From Candidatus Poribacteria bacterium (lineage in GTDB: Bacteria; Poribacteria; WGA-4E; PCPOR2b): a stretch of 64,000 bases of DNA. Below, piece by piece: positions 47,474-57,200 of this stretch. The translations under genes were made by a program, and so were the position numbers. Location of the stretch: the NCBI GenBank assembly GCA_965218095.1, contig OZ244587.1:960001-1024000 (forward strand), written 5' to 3'. Every line of letters starts with the position of its first letter. Positions within the stretch are counted from its first letter, which is position 1. The notes under the pieces were generated by a model. It searched no databases. It was given only the letters and a program-made list of their open reading frames with translations, and had not been told where the DNA came from.

Positions 47474-48730
47474 TTATTTGATTCGTTGACCGGTCTGGAA
47501 CACCGCGACCACCCGACTGAACGCGGTAATATCGTCCGCCGGGTCGCCATCGAAGGCAACGAGGTCGGCGATCTTGCCTGGCTCAATGCTTCCGATTTCG
47601 TCTCCAATGCCGACCGCTTCGGCGGAGATGCGTGTGGCTGATACGAGTGCCTCCGCGGGCGTAAACCCGACGCGGACGAGCAACTGTAGGTCGTAATCGA
47701 GATGCCCAAAGGCGAGGTCACTAACTCCGGAGTCGGTTCCCGGAACAATTCGGTCGCGCAAGTCGTAGTCTAGCATACGCCGCATGACATCCAAGCGCAA
47801 CTCGGCTCTCCCCTCAAGTTGTCCCAATTCCACTTCCCCTTCAGGGGAGAGAGTTCCGGCATCGCGTTGCTCGGTGAGCTTGACAATCTGCGGATAGCGT
47901 GTCCAGGCTTGCAGCGTTGGGCTGATCCAAATACCCGATTCCGCCATCATCTCGGTCAGTTTTGGATCGAAACGGAGTTGGTCATCGGGGTCGAGGAATT
48001 CGGCGTGTTCCATCAGATCGATGCCGGCTTTGACCGCCCGGAGCATCGATTCCTTCGCACGACAGTGCGCCGCTGTCAGACGATGGAAGTGATGCGCTTC
48101 GTGGACCGCAGCGTGGAGCTCCGCCACCGTGTAGGTTGCACGGCCGGGAATGGTGCCTTCGGTGCCACCCCCGGAAGCCATGAGCTTGATGTAATCCACG
48201 CCTTCGTGCACCAGGCGTCTTACGGATCGGCGCATCTCCGTCTCACCATCTGCAATTTCATTGCACATGTGAAAGTGCCCGCCTGTGCAGGTAATTGGCC
48301 TGCCACTCACCAGCATACGAGGCCCCGGAATATACCCACGACCAACCCCTTCCTTCAACGTAAACCCCACCCGGTTGCGTGCACCGTGTTCTCGGATGGT
48401 GGTAATGCCGGCAGCCAGATGGCGTTGCAGGTTCATGGCACCGGTAAGCACCATCATTTCGTCGGTCTCGGCGAACATCTCAACATAGTTGCGTCCATCG
48501 CCAGCCAAACTGAGATGGGTATGGCCATCAACGAGGCCGGGTGTGATACAAGCGTGCCCCAAGTCAATGACTTCTGCATCAGGAGGTGTCTGCTGTTGAA
48601 TTGCCTCCTTTTGCCCCACGGCGGTGATGCGACCATCTGTTACCAGAATCGCCTGGCTGGTTTTGGAGGCACCGCCGAGGCCATCTGCCAACTGCCCTGC
48701 CAGAATCAATTTTGAAATCGGATTGGGCAT
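47474..48730 (-). CDS. Metal-dependent amidohydrolase
   Basis: PGLVDGHTH, YIKLMASGG, AAHC, MEH, PGTDSG, IGSIEPGKIADLV. Confidence 0.9.
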   Translation of the reverse strand: MPNPISKLILAGQLADGLGGASKTSQAILVTDGRITAVGQKEAIQQQTPPDAEVIDLGHACITPGLVDGHTHLSLAGDGRNYVEMFAETDEMMVLTGAMNLQRHLAAGITTIREHGARNRVGFTLKEGVGRGYIPGPRMLVSGRPITCTGGHFHMCNEIADGETEMRRSVRRLVHEGVDYIKLMASGGGTEGTIPGRATYTVAELHAAVHEAHHFHRLTAAHCRAKESMLRAVKAGIDLMEHAEFLDPDDQLRFDPKLTEMMAESGIWISPTLQAWTRYPQIVKLTEQRDAGTLSPEGEVELGQLEGRAELRLDVMRRMLDYDLRDRIVPGTDSGVSDLAFGHLDYDLQLLVRVGFTPAEALVSATRISAEAVGIGDEIGSIEPGKIADLVAFDGDPADDITAFSRVVAVFQTGQRIK

Positions 48731-48904
48731 AGTTTCCTCCGCTTCATTTCACAGGAGGCATAGGTTCTCGCGTGTGTCCTACAAGCTCACCCGTACAAGT
48801 GGCCAAGCCTTCACTGAACGTGCCGGTGTTCCAATGAATCCCCGAACCCATAAATGACTTCCGAGTGAGCTCCCCACCTATCCAAGATAATATAACTGCT
48901 TGGA

Positions 48905-49226
48905 CTATGGAGCAGTTTCCTCATAACCATATCCCCGTTTGTCAACCGAAGTCATTTCGACTGCTCCTTGACCCGGGACGGTCATCGTCATTTTGATTGT
49001 GTGTTCCGCCGTTTCTGAATAAATCATCATGGTTGCTAGATCGATGATACGTTCACCCTTTCCTGCTATTTTCGCGTTAGACACGCTCGGTGCTTCTTCC
49101 ATGTCAACCATTTCGGCGAGGTCCTCCCACATGTCGCCCATAAAATTTTTCAGTTCCTCAGCATTAGCAACACACAATAAAAAGAGAAGTAAGCACGGCT
49201 AGACCTAGTGATTTTGAACGTATCAA
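48905..49226 (-). pseudogene. Degraded secreted hypothetical protein
   Basis: AAGGAG RBS and TTG start give a signal-like LIRSKSLGLAVLTSLFIVC, which must shift frame to continue as VANAEELK...; the remainder is short. Confidence 0.4.
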
Positions 49227-49358
49227 TTTTCTCCTTATTCTGATGATTGAAATTCTATTCACTGAACAGTTGCCTCCTGGGACACACCCAGACACCGGGT
49301 AGTGCTAACATAAGCTTTGCCAGCACCACCAAATCGGTTCAATTCAGATTAATCTTCT

Positions 49359-49592
49359 CTATTTTCCTCCTGTTTTGGAGATGGGATTAACCTTGAGCGT
49401 CTCTGACTCTGTCCATATGGAAAATGCACGACTTGGAGTAGACGCACTGCTCGGTGATGCAGGACTTTCGTCTGCTTCCGATAGCGGTGCTTCGTCTACT
49501 GAAGGTGCTTCCTCCACTGGAGACGTTTCATCGAGTGAACGTGGTCCCTGCGCTCCTGTGAACCATGCTATAAAGCGCTTTAACAGGCTCAT
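49359..49592 (-). CDS. Small acidic, Pro/Ser-rich hypothetical protein
   Basis: GGAGG RBS, MSLLKRFIAWFTG amphipathic start, EEAPS/DEAPL repeats. Confidence 0.55.
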   Translation of the reverse strand: MSLLKRFIAWFTGAQGPRSLDETSPVEEAPSVDEAPLSEADESPASPSSASTPSRAFSIWTESETLKVNPISKTGGK

Positions 49593-49764
49593 AAGTATTT
49601 CCTCCGCTTTTATCCAGTTAAATGTTGGCTCGACATCAACACCGAACTTCACATGCCGAGTACTCGTCCGCAGGCTGAAGCAGTCTGCGTCACATCAGTT
49701 GAAAATATCAAATTAACCAGAAAACATAACCGTTACGTGAAACAGTAAAGTCATTTGGTGATAT

Positions 49765-49793
49765 AGCATAGCAAAAAACATAGCTACTGTCAA
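49765..49793 (-). promoter_or_regulatory. sigma70-type promoter for 49592, with a leader of about 165 nt
   Basis: TTGACA-17 nt-TATGCT with TG extended -10. Confidence 0.6.
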
Positions 49794-50197
49794 CAAAAAA
49801 AGCCCTTCTCAGCCACCGACGGTCTCTGTCCATCAATCGATGATAAGAAATCGGTTGTTGATAGCATCTGAAAACGCATTGATTTCAACCTTACCGATTG
49901 GCTCGAATCCCTCGCATCGGTAAAACCAGTTCCCATCAAAATCCCATTGACCAGCCTATAACCAATATTGGCTCATGTCAAAAGAAAGTGCAAAAGTGTT
50001 AGAGAAGCCGCGAAATCATTGGTGTGAATTTTGCCTTTGCACGAAGTCTTAACATGAGCCAAGTTTATCTTCTGAAGAGACCCTTCGGGTTAGGAAATAG
50101 GAAGATTGGAAGAAAGAAAACAAGGTGTTTGTTCCCTCCTTCCTTTCCTTCCACTCCACGCTCAAAATGTAAAGTTTCAAGAATACAGTTAAAGTAT

Positions 50198-52636
50198 TCA
50201 ATTTTCAATATGGTGTGTTATCCAACACCGACGCCCATCGGTCAACAACCGAATCGCGCCGAGTTGATCTGTCCGCGGCACACGACACCCTCGCTCTCGG
50301 TAACGGTTAACAACCATCTCGGAGGGAAAACCGTACCGATTCCGCTCACCGAGAGAGAAAATCGCGTATTGCGGACGCACGGCATCAAGGAGTGCTACGC
50401 TGCTAGAGGTCTTGCCCCCGTGATGTGGCACCTTGATAATCTCTGCACGGAGGTCGTGTCCCGATTCAACCAACTTCAATTCAGCTTCCTGCTCAATGTC
50501 CCCCGTAAACAGGACGCGCACATCACCATAGGTCATCTTCAGGACAAGGGAATCGTTGTTTACATCTTTATCCATTAGGTTCGTCGCGGCTTCATTGAAT
50601 GGATGCAGCAATTCCAGCCGTGCTGTCGAGGTTAGATCGATTTCCCCTGCATAACCGAGTTCATGGGGAATACCCTGCTTATCGACGATTTTATGTACGA
50701 TGCGGTGTGTCGGTGGAGACAGATCCAGGTGTGGCACACCAAGCACACGTGCAACGCCAAACTGGTGCAAAATGTGCGCGAAGCCTCCGCCATGGTCATT
50801 GTCTGGATGAGTCATGAGAAGCAGATCCAACTTGAAGACACCCTCATTGCATAGGAATGGGTCGAGGATGCGCTCGCCGCTGTCGTAACCGACCAACTTG
50901 CTACTGCCATCTTCTGCCTTGTGGATTCTTGTTGAATTGAGCCCACCATCAATAAGCATTGCCTTCCCATCGGGAAATCGGATATACGCCGCGTCCCCCT
51001 GTCTGACATCGAGAAAGGTGACTTCTAGCAAATTGCCTTCTTCTTGCCAGGCCATATCCCAGATCCAGATTGCTGTGACCGCCAACCCAATCAGTACAGC
51101 CTCCTTTCGATGTTCCCACACCCAATGCCAGTGGGCAACCGCGAGACAGCCGGCGATGTAAACGACGATGAAACCGAAAGTTGGCGGTGCTGTTTTGATG
51201 ACGGCCCACGGCTGACCGAAAAACTTGATAATCTCCAGAAAGATAAAAAGGATGAGGTGGTTGGCGTAAACAAACGGAGTCGCAAGGGGTTGCCAGATTA
51301 TGCCGAGAAGAACCGAGATTAAAGTGATGCTCACGATAAGTGCGGCGAGTCCGACGACAAAAGGGCTCGCGGCTAATCCAATCGGATACACGCGATAGAA
51401 ATGTCGTGCGATGATTGGCACCGTGCCAATTTGTGCCATCAGGGTTACGCCAAATGCGCTGATAGATCTTCTCCCGCCTATCTGATTAATGAGATTTGGT
51501 AGAATGGTATCGGCCAAACTGTTCCACTTCGGCAGAAAATAAACGATAGATGTCACAGCAGCGAAGGAGAGTTGGAATCCAACATCCCATAGTTGCGCGG
51601 GATTGACCAACAACAGAACGAGCGCAGCGAATGCTAGCAGGTTAAATAGGTCCGCATCTCGATCAATAATCATCGCAATCAGAAACAGAATCGCCATGAG
51701 CGAAGCGCGTAACACCGAAGCGCGAAACCCGACAAGGCAGGCATAAAGAATGACAATGGTAATTGTCAGAAGACAGACCGTTTTTCTTGATAAACCCAGA
51801 AGGGAAAAACCGAGAAAACAGACGGCAGCAATCAAGCCAACGTGCAATCCTGACACGGCAAGAATGTGTAGGCTGCCGCTATTCCGGAATGTATCAAGGA
51901 TCTGTTGGGGAAGTACGCTTCGTTGGCCAAGCAGCATCCCTTTGAGAACCAGAACGTGATTGGAATTGTCATGGTATGTCTTATCAATAACCGACTCCAC
52001 TCGCCGACGTAGCCTTTCCGTCCAATGCAATAGAAAAAAGCCAGATCGATGCGTCGGCGCAATCTTTTGATTTCGATGCGGATGAAGTATTCCGAAGACC
52101 TGACGACGGGCGAGATAGGCGCGGTAATCGAAGCCCCCTGGATTCTGCTGTCCTTTCGGTTGGCGCAACTCGCCTTCCACCTCAAGGTGATCCCCGTAGC
52201 GCAAATGCGCCGGCTCACGGAATCGGATCAGGAACTTCGCCTCCACGACCAAATCCGGCGTTGTCACGGATTGGATTGTACCGATTGCGTAACCCTGCTC
52301 CCACAATTCGCCGCGATCAGGTTGGTACGCCATTCGTCCTGAGAAACGCACCCGGTGATCATAGAGTTCTGGGGGGATTGGCGAAGTCAGGACGGCGCCT
52401 AAACGCAACATGCCGCAGGCAAAAATTGCAATCAGTAACAGCGCGCGTTGAATCTTTGGCATACGAAAACGCTGCTTTCGCAGATACAGTAGTCCAAGGC
52501 TGCCGATGAGGCAGATCAGCATAATCAGCCAGATCCAAAGGAGGGGAATAGACAAATATCCGGCGATAGAGATTCCGAGCGCGTAGGGAATGAGTGTGTT
52601 GAGGGCGGGTCGGGCTATAGGGTTGTTCGTCATCAC
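50198..52636 (-). CDS. comEC: DNA internalization competence protein ComEC/Rec2
   Basis: NPGGFDY, HILAVSGLHVG, RASLMA, GFQLSFAAV, MBL motif THPDNDHGGG, KVPHHG, NRYGFP. Confidence 0.93.
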   Translation of the reverse strand: MMTNNPIARPALNTLIPYALGISIAGYLSIPLLWIWLIMLICLIGSLGLLYLRKQRFRMPKIQRALLLIAIFACGMLRLGAVLTSPIPPELYDHRVRFSGRMAYQPDRGELWEQGYAIGTIQSVTTPDLVVEAKFLIRFREPAHLRYGDHLEVEGELRQPKGQQNPGGFDYRAYLARRQVFGILHPHRNQKIAPTHRSGFFLLHWTERLRRRVESVIDKTYHDNSNHVLVLKGMLLGQRSVLPQQILDTFRNSGSLHILAVSGLHVGLIAAVCFLGFSLLGLSRKTVCLLTITIVILYACLVGFRASVLRASLMAILFLIAMIIDRDADLFNLLAFAALVLLLVNPAQLWDVGFQLSFAAVTSIVYFLPKWNSLADTILPNLINQIGGRRSISAFGVTLMAQIGTVPIIARHFYRVYPIGLAASPFVVGLAALIVSITLISVLLGIIWQPLATPFVYANHLILFIFLEIIKFFGQPWAVIKTAPPTFGFIVVYIAGCLAVAHWHWVWEHRKEAVLIGLAVTAIWIWDMAWQEEGNLLEVTFLDVRQGDAAYIRFPDGKAMLIDGGLNSTRIHKAEDGSSKLVGYDSGERILDPFLCNEGVFKLDLLLMTHPDNDHGGGFAHILHQFGVARVLGVPHLDLSPPTHRIVHKIVDKQGIPHELGYAGEIDLTSTARLELLHPFNEAATNLMDKDVNNDSLVLKMTYGDVRVLFTGDIEQEAELKLVESGHDLRAEIIKVPHHGGKTSSSVALLDAVRPQYAIFSLGERNRYGFPSEMVVNRYRERGCRVPRTDQLGAIRLLTDGRRCWITHHIEN

Positions 52637-53919
52637 GAAAAGATGTGCTTGGGCGCCAAGACAGTCAGCGTTAAACCGCGCGCGATTGACAACAATGTCA
52701 GTGCCAACCAGAGTCCTTGATTGCCATGAGGTCTAAGGAGATAGTATGCACAAAAGAAGATAGCTGTGGCGGCAATCATGGAATTGCGCATCGGCTTTGA
52801 AGCAGTTGCACCGAGAAAAACACCATCCCAGATGTACGCGACAGCATTTACGATTGGGGCTATGGTTATCCAGATCAGATAGGGACGGGCTTGTGCCAAG
52901 AGGTCTGCTTTGTCCGTGAACAGGGAAAACAGTCTCGACCCAAAGTATCCGAAAATCAAGCTGAACCCGCCCGCAAGGAAAAGTGCCCAAAGAAATGAAT
53001 ATCGTACCACGCTTTTCAAGCCGCGTATCTCCTTCGCCCCTTTGTATTTACCGACAAGACTCTCCGCGGCAAAGGCAAATCCATCAATACCGTAAGCGAG
53101 GATGTGTATAAACTGTAAGAGGATTGCATTGATAGCGAGTAGACTATCACTCAACGTCGCGGATTTTGCGGTAAAAAAAGCGTGGCTAAAAAGTATGCAA
53201 ACGGTACGGATAAAGATATCACGGCTAAGTACGAAAAATCTCTTCAAATCAGGAAGATGCAATACACTTTTTCGATGCCACTCAGCCAACAGATAACTGT
53301 ATTTTTTCAAGAACAGGATAACGGTGCACAGAAGCCCAAGATACTGGGCAATAACGGTTCCTAGAGCAACGCCATCGGATGTCATCAGAAGCAACTTTAC
53401 AAAGAAAAGGTTCAACACAAGATTCAACACGTTCACCATGATGGTGACTATCATGGGATATTTGGCGTTTTGCATCCCCAAAAACCAACCATGACAGACA
53501 TGAAGGCTCAGAGTGGCGGGTGCGGCATAGATACGGATATGAAAGTAGCGACGTGCAAGCTGCTCAACTTCAGTGCTGGCATCAATCAGAGAGAAACTGG
53601 CTGTTGCGATTACAGGTTGAAAGGCAATCAGCAAAAGACCACTCAAGCCCCCAACCAGCAAACCCCTTTTTAGAATCAGGATGCTCTCGTTGAAGTTGTT
53701 CGCGCCATAAGCTTGAGCTGTCAGCCCGGTTGTACCCATCCTGAGAAATCCAAATCCCCAATACACAAAACTAAAAACCATCCCACCGATGGCGATTGCC
53801 CCGAGATAGTATTCCGCTTCTAGTCGCCCCATTAAGGCAGTGTCAACGGCACTTAAAATTGGCACCGACAAATTGCTGATAATGTTCGGAATAGCGAGGC
53901 GAATAACCTGTTTGTTCAT
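52633..53919 (-). CDS. MATE family efflux transporter (DinF-like)
   Basis: LAIPNIISNLSVP, FGFLRMGTTGLTAQAYGA, DGFAFAAESLVG. Confidence 0.92.
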   Translation of the reverse strand: MNKQVIRLAIPNIISNLSVPILSAVDTALMGRLEAEYYLGAIAIGGMVFSFVYWGFGFLRMGTTGLTAQAYGANNFNESILILKRGLLVGGLSGLLLIAFQPVIATASFSLIDASTEVEQLARRYFHIRIYAAPATLSLHVCHGWFLGMQNAKYPMIVTIMVNVLNLVLNLFFVKLLLMTSDGVALGTVIAQYLGLLCTVILFLKKYSYLLAEWHRKSVLHLPDLKRFFVLSRDIFIRTVCILFSHAFFTAKSATLSDSLLAINAILLQFIHILAYGIDGFAFAAESLVGKYKGAKEIRGLKSVVRYSFLWALFLAGGFSLIFGYFGSRLFSLFTDKADLLAQARPYLIWITIAPIVNAVAYIWDGVFLGATASKPMRNSMIAATAIFFCAYYLLRPHGNQGLWLALTLLSIARGLTLTVLAPKHIFS

Positions 53920-54100
53920 GTGCTTTTAGCTACGTCTACCCAAAATGAGATTGAATTGGACTCTAAAACTTGTGGAGATTGCGACAGCGGTTGAATGCGT
54001 ATTCTAGCACTCCTACTGCACGCTGTCAATTGGATAAATTTTCTGCCCATGAAACTCATTATCTTATGCGTGGGGAATTTGTAATACAATACAAATTTCC

Positions 54101-54129
54101 TTGACATCAGGCAATGATTACTATATAAT
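54101..54129 (+). promoter_or_regulatory. Perfect-consensus sigma70 promoter for rpoBC
   Basis: TTGACA(54101)-17 nt-TATAAT(54124), about 80 nt before the rpoB ATG. Confidence 0.8.
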
Positions 54130-54208
54130 ACTACGTTGCGCCTGTGTCAAAACAGGATTCAGAAAATTAAATATGCCCTTATTTCTAATCTCAAGGTAAG
54201 GTGAAAGC

Positions 54209-57200
54209 ATGCCCCACGTCGTCAAGTATGGCAAACGTGAACGATTGTCCTTTGCAAAAATTCCGGAGATTATGGATCTCCCGGATCTGATTGAGGTTCA
54301 AAAATCTTCCTACGAAGAATTCCTTCAACGAAATATCCCTCCAGAAAAACGTAAAGATAAAGGTCTCCAAGCCGTTTTCAAGGAAATCTTTCCAATCCCC
54401 GACTTCAGCGAAACGTCCGAACTCAGGTTCGTTAGTTATTCCCTCGGCACCCCTAAGTACGACATCAATGAATGCCAATCCCGCGGATTCAGTTACGCCA
54501 TGCCAATCAAGATCTGTGTTCAATTGGTTCTCAGGGAACAAGACAACGACACCGGTGAAAATCAGCTTATTGACATCAAAGAGTCCGAAGTATACATGGG
54601 TGAAATCCCCCTGATGACCGAAAATGGCACCTTCATTATCAACGGCTCTGAGCGGGTGATTGTCAGCCAGTTGCAGCGATCTCCCGGCGCGACGTTTGGG
54701 GAGGAGACCCACACCAGCGGACAAAAACTCCATATAGCGCGAATTATCCCGTATCGCGGGGAATGGATCGAATTTGAACATGACATCAAAGACCAGATCT
54801 ATGTCCGGCTAGCTCGACGGAAAAAGATGTTCGTGACGATTCTGCTTCGAGCGCTCGGCTGGGAAACTGATGAAACCATCCTCAAGATGTACGCTAAGAC
54901 AGAGTGGGTCAGCCTCAACGACTCACTTATTGACCGGGTGATAGCTACTCCTGTCAAACATCTTGTCACTGAAGATGTCTCGCTTGAAGCGAATACGGCA
55001 TTAACAGCAGAACAGATTGATGAGTTACTTAAGGCAGGCATCAGCGAAGTTGAAGTTTTCCACAAGACGAAGACGGAGCGGGTCAGTCTGGATGACTCCC
55101 CGATTGGTCGGGTGACGTCTGTTCCTGTCAAACACTCTGTCACTGGAGATGTCTCGCTTAAAGCGAATACGGAATTGACAGCAAAACAGATTGATGATTT
55201 GCGTAAGCGAGATCCGCTGTTTCAAGTTGATTTGAATTCCGTTGCAAGGCCGGAACCGACACAGTTTGATCCTGATCCAGATTTCGATTATAAGTCACCG
55301 GAGTGGCAATCGCTAAAACGGCAGTGTCGGGAAAAGGCTGGTTGGAAATGCGAGCAATGTGGTATCGATCTTAGCGATGACCCCAAGTATCTTGATACCC
55401 ACCATGTAAAAGGCAGCCAGCATAACAATCTCGAAGACCTTATGGCTCTCTGTATTGGTTGCCATGCGGAACAACAACCGGATGAAAGACATAAACACCT
55501 CAAAAAAGAGGACCGTTATAAAGAATTTATGGATTCATACGGTGACAACTGGAAGTCTGCTATCCTCCAATGGAAGTCTGCTGTCCTCCAAAGCGATTTG
55601 ACGGATGGTGCATCAGTGTCGGATGAATGGTGCCGACAGTTTAAGGACAATGGTGCTTCTCTGTCCCCTTCCGCAATCGTACAGGTAAAGACAGAAAGTC
55701 GACGCTGGCGTGTATCGAACAAAAACAGCAGAGGTAACTTTACCATTGAGAAAGCAGGGGATACCTTCAATGTCTATCAAGATCTTGAGATTGAAGTTTT
55801 TCACAAGACGGAGCGGGTCAGTCTGGATGACTCCCTGATTGGTCGGGTGACGTCTGCTTCTGTCGAATACAAACGCCTTGTCACTGCAGATGTTTTACTT
55901 GAAGTGAATACGGAATTGACAGCAGAACAGATTGCGGATTTGCTTGAGGCAGGCGTCGGTGAGGTTGAGGTTCTAGACGCAGATGATGCAGAGGAGATTC
56001 GTTTCCTGCGGAATACGCTTGAGCGTGACCTTCAATTAGATTACACGCTGCCGCGGATTTTTCAAGTACCGTTACCGTCAGACCTCGAAGGCGATTTGAC
56101 GGATGATGCACCGGTGTCAGATGCATGGCTCCGAAAGTTTAAGGACAATGGTACTTCTCTGTCCCCTTCCGCAACCGTGCAGGTAAAAGCAGAGGGGCGC
56201 TATCGTATATCCAACAAAAACAGTAGAGATAACTTCACCATTGAGAAAGCAGGGGATACCCTCAACGTCTATCGTGGGAGTATCCAGGATCTGGCGGTTG
56301 TGGATATTTTCCGTAAGTTGCAACCGGGCGATCCTCCCACAATTGAAAGCGCATACAACCGTTTTGAAAAGATGTTCTTCGACCCGGTGCGCTATGACCT
56401 TGCAGAGGTAGGTCGGTACAAGCTCAATAGGAAGCTCGGTGATCTCTCCCTGTATCGGAATGGGAACGAAATGGTGGGTGAGCATGTGCGTATTCTGCGT
56501 AAGGAGGACATCGCCGCGGTTCTCAAATACCTGATCCAGGTCCAGAATGGAAATGGGGAGATGGACGACATTGATCACCTCGGCAACCGTCGCGTGCGGG
56601 CAGTCGGGGAACTGTTACAAAATCAGGTGCGAATGGGGATGCAGCGCGTTACGCGTGCCACCCGAGAGCGGTTGACGGTTCAAGAACTGGAGAGTATGAC
56701 GCCTCCTGATTTAATCAATCCGAAACCGCTGACCGCTGCGATTAAAGATTTCTTTGGCTCCAGCCAACTTTCCCAATTTATGCAGCAGGCCAACCCACTG
56801 GATGAATTAACCCACAAACGCCGCTTGAGCGCGTTGGGTCCAGGCGGACTGCATCGAGAACGCGCAACCTTTGAGGTCCGAGACGTTCACCGTACCCACT
56901 ATGGGCGGGTGTGTCCAATCGAGACGCCCGAAGGTCCTTCGGTTGGGTTGATTGTTTCCTTGAGCACTTACGCACGAGTAAACGCCTACGGCTTTATGGA
57001 AACACCTTATCGAAAGGTGGTGAATGGGCAAGCGACTGACCAGATTGACTACCTGACAGCGGATAAGGAGGATGCATTCACCATTGCGCAGGCGCACGCT
57101 GTCCTTGATAAGGATGGAAATATGGCAGATGATCTGATGGTCACGCGGCACAAGGACGACTTCCCCCGGAAACCCGCACAGGAGGTCGATTACATTGACG

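Noticed and set aside
49655-49705. Hammerhead ribozyme on the minus strand (CTGATG..stem..GA)
   Set aside because: The core reads CUGAUGU rather than CUGANGA, and the GAAA strand is missing.
55200-55800. Intein or group I intron carrying a homing endonuclease in rpoB
   Set aside because: No Hint-domain blocks, no His-Asn followed by Cys/Ser/Thr at the junction, the frame is continuous, and the flanks are duplicated protein domains. The site is a variable surface loop rather than a conserved motif.
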